Assembly: GCA_963755915.1 (NCBI GenBank)
Contig: CAVWLP010000002.1
Span: 3,360,001-3,424,000, forward strand
Source: an uncultured Phycisphaerales bacterium
Lineage (GTDB): Bacteria; Planctomycetota; Phycisphaerae; Tepidisphaerales; Tepidisphaeraceae
Length of the DNA stretch: 64,000 nt
Direction of reading: 5' to 3'
A program made the position numbers and the translations under genes. Below are positions 20,472 through 28,861 of the stretch, one piece after another. Numbering within the stretch: the stretch's first letter is position 1; the number at the start of each line of letters is the position of its first letter. The notes beneath the pieces are model-generated. The model did no database searches. It was not told the DNA's origin and was given only the letters and a program-made list of their open reading frames with translations.

Positions 20472-21147
20472 TGGCGCTTCCCCCTTTCGTGCCGGCGGCG
20501 GCGAGGGCGGCCTGGAAGATTCGGGGATAGGTGCCGCAGCGGCAGAAATTTCCTTTGCAGGCTTCGCGGACTTGTTGCTCGGTGGGGTGGGGATTTTTTT
20601 TGAGGAGGCCGGTGATGGAGGTGACGAAGCCGTCGGTGCAGTAGCCGCACATCATGGCGTCCTTTTCACCGAAGGCGGCTTGCACGGGGCTGAGGTTGTC
20701 GGGGGTGCCGATGCCTTCGACGGTGAGGATTTTTTTGCCGATGACGTCGACGGCGAGGTTCATGCAGCCGTAGACGGGTTTGTCGTTGAGGAGGACGGTG
20801 CAGGCGCCGCAGGTGGCCATGTCGCAGACGAGCTTGGGTCCGGTGACGGGGGGGTCCATGTTGTTGCGGAGGGCGTTGAGGAGAGTGGTGCGGGGTTCGA
20901 CGGTTACCTTGCGGTTTTGGCCGTTGACGTTGAGGGTGATTTCGATGTTGCCGGAGATGGGTTTGTTGGTGGCGTCGGCGGGGTCGAGTTTGGGTTCGTC
21001 GGCTTTGAGGAGGGAGGGGTCGCCGACGATTGCGCCGACGCCGGCGACGCCGACGCCTTGCAAAAATCGGCGGCGGGTGAATCCGGCGGCCGAGTTTGCG
21101 GGGGAATTTCCCGCCGAGTTCCCCCCCTTGCCATTCGCCTGATCCAT
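20464..21147 (-). CDS. (2Fe-2S)-binding subunit with Tat signal (YagT/PaoA-like)
   Basis: TRRRFLQG, GPKLVCDMATCGACTV, MCGYCTDG, GNFCRCGTY. GGAGG RBS. Confidence 0.93.
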   Translation of the reverse strand: MDQANGKGGNSAGNSPANSAAGFTRRRFLQGVGVAGVGAIVGDPSLLKADEPKLDPADATNKPISGNIEITLNVNGQNRKVTVEPRTTLLNALRNNMDPPVTGPKLVCDMATCGACTVLLNDKPVYGCMNLAVDVIGKKILTVEGIGTPDNLSPVQAAFGEKDAMMCGYCTDGFVTSITGLLKKNPHPTEQQVREACKGNFCRCGTYPRIFQAALAAAGTKGGSANG

Positions 21148-21232
21148 CGCGAATCCTCCAGGTTGGATCGGATTGTATCCAAGGATGCGGCAGAGTCCAC
21201 GTCGCTTTTCCACCCGCACTGCATCTACTCGT

Positions 21233-21302
21233 CCCCCTCGCCTGGTGCTCCGGCCTTCGGCTCCGAGACTCAGGCTCGAAGAGGGGAGGGTTGGGGCGGG
21301 GG
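21233..21302. repeat. Family A REP-like repeat interrupted by a 30-bp insert (21252-21281)
   Basis: CCCCCTCGCCTGGTGCTCC [insert] AGGGGAGGGTTGGGGCGGGGG. Confidence 0.65.
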
Positions 21303-21362
21303 TCTTCCAGTCAATCGGATTAAATTAGGAGGCTACGGACCCGTTCGCTTGCGAGAATCCTT

Positions 21363-21524
21363 CTATTGGGGTGGAATCCCAATATCCGTAGGAATTCCCA
21401 CATTGACCGGATGAGTGTTGGCAACCGGCTGAGTGGCCGGCGAAATCGTGGCTTTATTGCTGTTGCAGGCGCAGGCCGAAATAAATGCCAATAGTAGAAC
21501 TGCGGCGATTATTCTCTCGGGCAT
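21363..21524 (-). CDS. Small putative lipoprotein
   Basis: AGGAG RBS, then MPERIIAAVLLLAFISAC ACNSNK...SPATQP. Confidence 0.5.
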   Translation of the reverse strand: MPERIIAAVLLLAFISACACNSNKATISPATQPVANTHPVNVGIPTDIGIPPQ

Positions 21525-21686
21525 ATGGGCTCCTATCCAGGTCGGTCGGCTCTGCATTGGCCTAGTGATGGGCTGTTTCTCGTCAACTTTCAGCATTGTA
21601 ACACGAATTTTAGCGTGTCCCTTCATCCGTAAGGTGAGAACGTTGGCGCATCAATTTACTGCGGCCCGATTAAGATATTTCACCCG

Positions 21687-22424
21687 ATGTCCGAAAAACC
21701 GCCGCTCATCGATTTCGCCACCAAACCCGGTGAGCCATATTGCGGAAACTGCGGGTACAACCTTTCGGGCCTGGCCGATTCCCTCCGTTGCCCCGAATGC
21801 GGCAAGCCCATCATCGAAGTCCTCATGCGCCGCGAATTTTCGCGCGCCGTCGGCAAAAGATATCGGTCCAGCGCGAGACTTTTCGGTTTACCGGTCGTCG
21901 ATATCGCCTTGGGGCCGTCGGGCGCGGAGCGGCGGGGAAAGGCGCGCGGCATTATTGCCATCGGCGATTCGGCTGTGGGGTGGATCGCGATTGGAAGCTT
22001 TGCGCGGGGGATTGTCGCCATCGGTGCGATTGCCATCGGCGTGTTCGCCATGGGGGCGTGGGCAATCGGCCTGCTCACGGCTTTCGGAGGTGGGGCGATC
22101 GCACTTACCGTCTGTACCGGCGGGTTATCGTTGGGAGGTATTTCTTTCGGCGGGGTGGCGGTCGGATTCATCGCGCAGGGGAGGGTGTCGATCGGGCATT
22201 TTGCTCGCGGCGCTTCGGCGATCGGGCGACGATTTCCGCCGCGCTTGAGACAACTTCATTGGTTGCTTGGAAAATTTCCACCGACGCCATTGGATTCGCT
22301 GCGGCCGATGTTGCTTACGCTGGGGCCGTTGCTGGTCGCCGGGGGTTTAATTTGTCTGTTGGCGCTGGCGCGTACGAATTCTGTGAAGGGGGAGGATCAG
22401 AGTCCTACCGGTGGGCCGGATTGA
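21687..22424 (+). CDS. Membrane protein with N-terminal zinc ribbon and Gly/Ala-rich hydrophobic repeats
   Basis: CGNCGYNLSGL...CPECG, then ARGIIAIGD.AVGWIAIG..ARGIVAIG repeats. Confidence 0.75.
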   Translation: MSEKPPLIDFATKPGEPYCGNCGYNLSGLADSLRCPECGKPIIEVLMRREFSRAVGKRYRSSARLFGLPVVDIALGPSGAERRGKARGIIAIGDSAVGWIAIGSFARGIVAIGAIAIGVFAMGAWAIGLLTAFGGGAIALTVCTGGLSLGGISFGGVAVGFIAQGRVSIGHFARGASAIGRRFPPRLRQLHWLLGKFPPTPLDSLRPMLLTLGPLLVAGGLICLLALARTNSVKGEDQSPTGGPD

Positions 22425-22470
22425 TTTTTGCGAGTGTCAAGCGGCGGTGTAATCTGGAATCAAAGAAGAA

Positions 22471-23013
22471 ATGACAACTGATTCACCCATTGGTCTCGAA
22501 ATTATCCGCGAAGCGGCGGCGGTGGAGCTGCCCACCATTCGTGAACTCCACATCCAGGCGTTCGGCGGTCGATCGGCAGAGGCAACCCTTGTCGAGCTTC
22601 TGCATAAGGCCGGGAAAGCCAATCCGTCGCTCGTGGCGGTCGGCGAGGGGCGAATCGTGGCGCACCTGGTTTTTTCGCCGGTTTCGATTGATGGCGCCGA
22701 ATCCGTAAACATCAAGGTGGCCGGCCTTGGGCCGGTGGCTGTGCTGCCCACTTATCAGCGCCGAGGCATCGGCTCACGACTGGTTCAGGCCGGGCTGGAC
22801 GCCTGTCAGGCCCACCGGTTCGATGCGATTGTCGTGCTGGGCAGCCCGCGGTTCTACGGGCGCTTTGGTTTTCGCCCGGCCATGGATTTTGGGCTGAGCA
22901 ATGAATATGTGAATGATGGCCATTTTATGGTTCGGGAGTTGCATAGTGGCGTTCTGCCGGGACTCAAGGGCATGGTTCGATACGCGCCGGAGTTTCAATT
23001 GGCGGGGTGCTAA
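22471..23013 (+). CDS. GNAT N-acetyltransferase (YhbS-like)
   Basis: LGPVAVLPTYQRRGIGSRL, VVLGSPRFYGRFGF, VRYAPEF. Confidence 0.9.
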   Translation: MTTDSPIGLEIIREAAAVELPTIRELHIQAFGGRSAEATLVELLHKAGKANPSLVAVGEGRIVAHLVFSPVSIDGAESVNIKVAGLGPVAVLPTYQRRGIGSRLVQAGLDACQAHRFDAIVVLGSPRFYGRFGFRPAMDFGLSNEYVNDGHFMVRELHSGVLPGLKGMVRYAPEFQLAGC

Positions 23014-23044
23014 GTAGGGACGCAAAATGATTGCGGATGTCTTT

Positions 23045-23160
23045 CCCGTCGCCCGGTACTGCGGGAGAGGACAACCGCAGCGCGGGTGAGGGCCGTTTTC
23101 TGCGTGATGTCTCTCAAGACCCTCACCCTAACCCTCTCCCGGAGTACCGGGCGAGGGGGT
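23045..23160. repeat. Inverted pair of family A REP-like repeats (REPIN-like)
   Basis: 23045-23093 and 23120-23160 are inverted copies, located between convergent genes. Confidence 0.8.
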
Positions 23161-23238
23161 GAGGAAATTACGGCAATCATTTTGCGTTCCTACTTAGGTA
23201 AAAATACCAAGGAACGATTACTACACATAGCGGCGTTT

Positions 23239-24657
23239 TCAGGTCCGGATTGCCGCGATTTCGCGGTATAGGGCGGAGATGATTTTTTCAATATCGTCCA
23301 TACCCATTGCCAATGGGGGCATGAGGACGATGACGTCGCCGAGGGGACGGAGGATTACGCCGTGCTGGCGGACGCGGGCGCAGACGGCGGCGCCGGTGCG
23401 GGATTTGGGGTCGAAGGGTTTGTTGCGATTTTTGTCGGCGGTGAGTTCGACGCCGGCCATGAAGCCTTTTTGGCGAACATCGATCACGTGTTTGAGGGGG
23501 CGGAGCTGCTGGAGCATGTGGGCCATTTGCAGCGATTTTTCCTGGACTGATTCGAGGAGGCGGTGTTTTTCGAAGAGGTCGAGGGAGGCAATCGCGGCGG
23601 CGCAGGCGACGGGGTTGCCGGTATAGGTGTGGCCGTGGAAGAAGGTTTTGCCTTCCCAGGGGTCGCCAAGGAAGGCGTCGAAGATTTTCTGGGTGGCGAA
23701 GGTTGCGGCGAGGGGGAGATAGCCGCCGGTGATACCTTTGCCTACGCACATCAGGTCGGGGGAGACGTTTTCGTGCTCGCAGGCGAACATTTTTCCGGTG
23801 CGACCGAAACCGGTGGCGACTTCGTCGGCGATCAGCAGGACGTTGTGGCGGTCGCATAGTTCTCTTATGCCGCGCAAAAAGCCCGGGGGTTGGAGAATGA
23901 TTCCGCCGGCGCCTTGCACCATGGGCTCGATGCAGATGGCGGCGATTTTTTCGGAGCGGTCTTTCAATATTGCTTCCACCGCCGGCAGGTCCAGGGGGGC
24001 GGAATGGACGGGGAACATGAGGGGGAAATAGGGGTGGTGGAATTCGGGGATGCGGCCGACGGAGATGGCGCCGACGGTGTCGCCGTGATAGGCGCCTTTG
24101 AAGGCGACGAATTCGGAGCGCGAGGGTTGGCCGAGGTTGTGCCAATACTGGACGGCCATTTTGAAGGCGATTTCGGTGGCGGTTGCGCCGGCGTCGCTAT
24201 AGAAGATCTTGGTTAGTCCCGCGGGGACGATTTTCATCAGGCGTTCGGCGAGGAGGATCGGGGGCTCGCTGGAGAGGCCGAGCATGGTGGTGTGGGCGAC
24301 GCGGGAGAGTTGCCAGCGGACGGCGCCGTCGATTTCCATGACGCGGTGGCCGTGGACGTTGCACCAGAGGCTGGAGACGCCGTCGAGGTAGCGATTGCCG
24401 TCGCTGTCGATGAGGTACATTCCCTCGGCGTCGGTGATGACCAGGGGTTCGTCGGCGAGCCACTGCTTCATGTGGGTGAAGGGGTGCCAGACATATCGGC
24501 GGTCGAGCTCGCGCAGAGTTTTGGTGTCGCGCGGGGCGTGGGGATCTTTTGCCGGCTCCGGCGGCGGGTCGGGCTGGAGCTGCTGCTGTGGCTCCGGCTC
24601 CGGCGCCTCGGGAACCTGGCGCGATGGGAAATAGGAGAATGGGCTGTCGGGGGTCAT
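23239..24657 (-). CDS. bioA: Adenosylmethionine-8-amino-7-oxononanoate transaminase
   Basis: WHPFTHM, DGVSSLWCNVHGH, AYHGDTVG, LIADEVATGFGRTG, GKGITGGYLP, HGHTYTGNP. ATG 24657 overlaps the upstream TGA. Confidence 0.92.
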   Translation of the reverse strand: MTPDSPFSYFPSRQVPEAPEPEPQQQLQPDPPPEPAKDPHAPRDTKTLRELDRRYVWHPFTHMKQWLADEPLVITDAEGMYLIDSDGNRYLDGVSSLWCNVHGHRVMEIDGAVRWQLSRVAHTTMLGLSSEPPILLAERLMKIVPAGLTKIFYSDAGATATEIAFKMAVQYWHNLGQPSRSEFVAFKGAYHGDTVGAISVGRIPEFHHPYFPLMFPVHSAPLDLPAVEAILKDRSEKIAAICIEPMVQGAGGIILQPPGFLRGIRELCDRHNVLLIADEVATGFGRTGKMFACEHENVSPDLMCVGKGITGGYLPLAATFATQKIFDAFLGDPWEGKTFFHGHTYTGNPVACAAAIASLDLFEKHRLLESVQEKSLQMAHMLQQLRPLKHVIDVRQKGFMAGVELTADKNRNKPFDPKSRTGAAVCARVRQHGVILRPLGDVIVLMPPLAMGMDDIEKIISALYREIAAIRT

Positions 24658-25503
24658 TTCAGTTTCACCGTGTCTCCTACACGCAGGCCGAGTTGTTTGG
24701 CGGCGGAGCCGTCGCGGATGGCGATTTCGACCAACCCGGAACTGCCGAAGAGGGCCAGGGGGTGGCCGGGGGCGACGTCGAAATAAGTGCGTTTGAAACC
24801 GCCGAGGCGTTTTCGTTTTACGGAGATTTTCCGGCGGGCCAGTGCGATCGAGGGATTCGCGGGCGATATTGGTGGTGGCGTTGCCGAAATGATCGATGTG
24901 GATGATCTGACCCGATTCTGAGCCGGACTGAGCGGGGGCGATTTTGAGGAGGATGGGGTCGTCGATGGATTTGGCAAATTCACTGATGGGGCGGCCACTC
25001 GCAAGCATGGCGGCGACGGGGGCCATGATGTCGCGTCCGTGAAACGTATCGCTGAAGCCCCCTGTGGGGCGCCAGGTGATTTCGTGGGCTTTTCCGGGGC
25101 TGAGGCGGCGCCAGGTCCAGGTAAGCAGGCCGTTATCGGGGCAGACGATGAGACTTTGGGCGATTTGGGCGATCAGGATTCTGCGGCTGGTGCCGACGCC
25201 CGGGTCTACGACGGCCAGGTGGATGGCGCCGGGGCCGAAGCCGTCTACGGCACGCTCCAGAGTGATAGACCCGCAGAGGATGTCCTGGGGGGGGACGTTA
25301 TGGGTGATGTCGATCAGGACGGCGGTGGGACAGTGGCGGAGGATGGCGCCCTTCATGGCGGCAACGTAGGCATCCGACAAACCAAAGTCGCTGGTCAGCG
25401 TAACAATTGGTGGCCGGAAAGAATCGGGCCGGGGACGGCCCGGCTCAGACCCGAAATCGGGACGTGCGTGGGGGGTGAAATCGGGCTTATGTTTCGCGGC
25501 CAT
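24654..25503 (-). CDS. SAM hydroxide adenosyltransferase / chlorinase-fluorinase family (DUF62), frameshift at about 24840
   Basis: TLTSDFGLSDAYVAAMKG, DITHNVPP, HLAVVDPGVGT.RR, PDNGLL, TFHGRDIMAP, HIDHFGNATTN. GSSGLVEIAIRDGSAA in the second frame. Confidence 0.9.
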
Positions 25504-25522
25504 GATGGGATAGAATATCAGT
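25504..25522. promoter_or_regulatory. Putative bidirectional promoter with overlapping -10 elements
   Basis: TAGAAT (25511-16) lies 6 nt before the pcm ATG. TATTCT on the minus strand (25512-17) lies 8 nt before the DUF62 ATG. Confidence 0.55.
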
Positions 25523-26179
25523 ATGAATCAAGTTGGTGAAATCAGCCCCCAGGATTTAATGATCCGCCAGCAGATCATCGAGCGGGGGATTCGTGACGAG
25601 CGGGTGATCGAGGCGATGCGAGCGGTGCCACGGGAGAAATTCTTTCTGGCCGATTCGCGCGATACGGCTTACGCGGACCGGGCGGCGCCGATCGGGCATG
25701 GGCAGACGATATCGCAGCCTTATATGGTGGCGCTGATGACGGCGCGGCTGCAAGTCGGGCCGGAGCATAAGGTTTTGGAGATCGGGACGGGGAGCGGATA
25801 TCAGACGGCGATTTTGTGCAAGCTGGCGCGGGAGGTTTATTCGGTCGAGCGCGTCAAACCGCTGCTGGATGAGGCGTTTGAGCGGCTGCTTTCTCAGGAT
25901 ATCCGGAATGTGCACTTTCGGTTCGGGGATGGGACGCTGGGATGGCCGGAGGCGGCGCCGTTTGATCGGATTTTGATCGCGGCGGGGGCGCCGAAAATTC
26001 CTGAGGCGCTGATCAAGAGCCAGCTCGCGGATGGGGGGATAGCGGTGCTTCCGGTCGGGCCGGCGGATCAGCAGACGCTTGTGGAAGTTCACCGCAAAGG
26101 GGATTTGCTTGAGACTATGGATATCTGTGCTTGCCGATTTGTGAAACTGATCGGGGCTGAGGGATGGTCGGGGGACTGA
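25523..26179 (+). CDS. pcm: Protein-L-isoaspartate O-methyltransferase
   Basis: VPREKF, IGHGQTISQPYMVA, VLEIGTGSGYQTA, GDGTLGWPEAAPFDRI. Confidence 0.95.
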   Translation: MNQVGEISPQDLMIRQQIIERGIRDERVIEAMRAVPREKFFLADSRDTAYADRAAPIGHGQTISQPYMVALMTARLQVGPEHKVLEIGTGSGYQTAILCKLAREVYSVERVKPLLDEAFERLLSQDIRNVHFRFGDGTLGWPEAAPFDRILIAAGAPKIPEALIKSQLADGGIAVLPVGPADQQTLVEVHRKGDLLETMDICACRFVKLIGAEGWSGD

Positions 26180-26207
26180 GCGCTTCTTGCGCTCGAAAAT
26201 TCTAATC

Positions 26208-26390
26208 TCACCGCAGAGCACGCGGAGAGCGCTGAGGGAAAACGGAATTGTTTCTTTCTTGGCGGTCTTGGTGCCTTGGCGGTTAAACTCCTTTTAATGT
26301 CTCTGGAAAAAGAATTAACCGCCAAGACGCCAAGAGCGCAAGAAAAGAGGTTAATTCTTCCTCTGCGCTCTCTGCGAGCTCTCGGGTGAA
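26208..26390. repeat. Nested inverted repeats (family B, CGCAGAG / CGCCAAG units)
   Basis: Outer arms 26208-26236 and 26360-26390. Inner arms 26256-26286 (CTTGGCGGTTAA) and 26315-26345 (TTAACCGCCAAG). Confidence 0.8.
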
Positions 26391-26397
26391 GATTCCA

Positions 26398-28475
26398 GTG
26401 AATCGGGAAGTGGGGGGGGAGCAAAAATCATCGCTTGAGGAATTGGCGGAAGTTGGGCCGGCGCGGGCGAAGGCGCTGCGCGGGCTGGGCGTTTCAACAC
26501 TTGCGGATTTGCTCGAATATTTCCCGCGCGATTATCAGTATGAGTCTGAGGAGAAGGCGATCGACTTGCTGCGCGACGGGGAGCTTGGGCTGCGCGCGGG
26601 GAAGTGACGGCCGTCAATTACATTACGGGGGGGCATGGGAGGTCGCGGTTTGAGGCTACGCTTTCGGAGGGGACGCATCGGCTTTCGCTGGTTTTTTTTC
26701 ATGGGGCATATCTGCGGCGGCTGATACATCCGGGGCTTATGCTGCGGGTGCGGGGGAGAGTGCAGTTTTTCAAGGGGATTGCCCAGATGGTGAATCCGAA
26801 GTGGGAAGGGGTGGATGAAACGACGCAGCCGGTGGGGGAGTCGAAGTTTCGGGCGATTTATCCGGCGAGTTCGAAAATATCGAGCGAGACTATTGAGCGG
26901 ATTGTTTCGGCGAATTTGGAGCGGGCCGTGGCCGCGATTGAGGAATGGTTTCCTCGGGCTCTGTTGTCGAAACGAAAACTGATGTCGCGGGCGGATGCGT
27001 ATCGGGCAATTCATGAGCCCACGGACCGGTCGCAGGCGATCGCGGCGCGGCGGCGACTGGTTTATGACGAGCTGATGCTCATGCAGCTCGGGCTGATCGC
27101 CAGCCGGCGGATGGCTTCGAACAAAATCTCCGCGCCGGTGATGCGGATTGATAAGACCCTCGATCGGCATATCCGGGCGCGGTTTCCGTTCAGCCTCACG
27201 GCAGCGCAGGACAAGGCGATCTGGCAAATCGTGGCGGATATGAAAAGCGGGAAGCCGATGAAACGGCTGCTCCAGGGGGATGTTGGGAGCGGAAAGACGG
27301 TGGTTGCCCTCTACGCCATGCTCGTGGCCATCACCAACAAGATGCAGGCGGCGCTGCTGGCTCCGACGGAAGTACTGGCGGAACAGCATTTCCTGACGCT
27401 GCGGAATCTATTGGCGGATTCGCGGGTGCATATCGATCTGCTCACCTCCCGGACGCAAAGGCAGAGCCGGGGGGTTGTGGCGGAGCGGATTTCTGAGGGG
27501 CAGACGCATCTTGCGGTGGGGACGCAGGCGCTGATTCAGGAAGGGATCCAGTTTGCCAACCTCGGGCTGGTGATCGTAGATGAGCAGCATCGGCTGGGCG
27601 TGCGACAGCGTGCTACCCTTAGTGATAAGGCGGTCAGCCCACACTACCTGGTGATGACGGCTACGCCGATCCCGCGGACGCTGGCACTTTCGTATTTTGC
27701 GGACTTCGATTTCACGGCGATCGACGAGCTGCCGCCCGGGCGGCAGCCCATACGCACGCGGTGGTTGCGCTCAGGTCAGGCATCCGAGGCGTGGCAGTTT
27801 GTCCGCCAGCAGGTTCGCGATGGGCGGCAGGCGTATGTCGTTCTGCCGCAGATTGAAGAGGATGAAGAGGGGAAATCGGTGCTGGGGCAGATGCGGAGCT
27901 TGGCCGCCGGACCGCTCAAAGAGCTGCGGTTAGCTTGCCTGCATGGGCAGATGTCGACCGAGGACAAAGAGTTAGCGATGGCCAATTTTCGGGAGGGGAA
28001 GATCGATTGTCTTATTGCCACAACAGTTATCGAAGTTGGGATCGACGTGCCGAATGCGACGGTGATGGTTGTGGACGGGGCAGATCGGTTTGGGCTATCG
28101 CAGCTTCATCAGTTGCGCGGGCGCGTGGGGCGTGGGGAGTGGGCGTCGGATTGCATATTGATTGCCGATGCGGCGACGCCTTCGGCAGAGGCGCGCATTG
28201 GGGCGATGCTGCGGACGACGAGCGGGTTTGAGATTGCGGAGATGGATTTGCGGCTGCGCGGGCCGGGGGAATTCTTCGGAACCCGGCAGCATGGGTTGCC
28301 GGAATTTAAGCTTGCCGATGTCACCAGTGAGCTGGAGCTGCTGCGTGTGGCGAAGGACGATGCACAGGCAATAATTGCCGATGACGCCGCGCTCTCGCAG
28401 GCGGCGAATCGGGCGCTGAAAACCGCTCTCGTATCCAAATTTGGTCCCAGCCTCGACTTGGCACAAATTGGCTGA
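26398..28475 (+). CDS. recG: ATP-dependent DNA helicase RecG (frameshift at about 26600)
   Basis: DLLEYFPRDY, RLLQGDVGSGKT, APTEVLAEQH, DEQHRLG, MTATPIPRTL, QLHQLRGRVGRG, DLRLRGPGEFFGTRQHG. Confidence 0.95.
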
Positions 28476-28713
28476 AATCCATTCTCCAGGCATCCGCAAT
28501 TAAAAAAAATTTTAAGCGGGCTCATCTTTGTTTTTGTTCAACCACGGAGTCTATCAATAAGTCGTAATCAAAATATTTTTATAACACATTATGAATACTG
28601 CGCTTAAATCAATAGCAGACCTATGCTTCAGAGGTATGGAGGGCCTGCCGGAAACGAACCATCGTCGGATAATCCCGTATTGATTGGGCGAAGGCGGCAA
28701 GGCGGTGGTGGCC

Positions 28714-28742
28714 TTGACAGGTAGCTGTTAGGTTTGCAGACT
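28714..28742 (+). promoter_or_regulatory. Putative sigma70 promoter of topA (TTGACA-N17-CAGACT)
   Basis: Consensus -35 with 17-bp spacer, about 120 bp upstream of the topA ATG. Confidence 0.5.
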
Positions 28743-28861
28743 GCCCCGCCCCTGGCCTGAGCGACCGGCAATTTCGTGAAGAAATGGTAGGGATCGGTCG
28801 ATACGAGCGAACAGTTATCAGGCTTTCGGATACAGGAGGCCGTTTCCGCGAATTAAAATCC

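Noticed and set aside
23239-25503. 754-aa DUF62-BioA fusion ORF
   Set aside because: The proper DUF62 C-terminus lies in another frame ending at TGA 24654, which overlaps the bioA ATG. The fusion is produced by an indel near 24840.
24654-25503. Fluorinase/chlorinase (halogenase) activity
   Set aside because: The DFG, R and TFHGRD motifs fit the common SAM-hydrolase branch, and there is no halometabolite gene context.
28572-28600. dif-like site (TATAA-CACA-TTATG)
   Set aside because: The spacer is 4 bp rather than 6, and the arms match the XerC/XerD consensus poorly.
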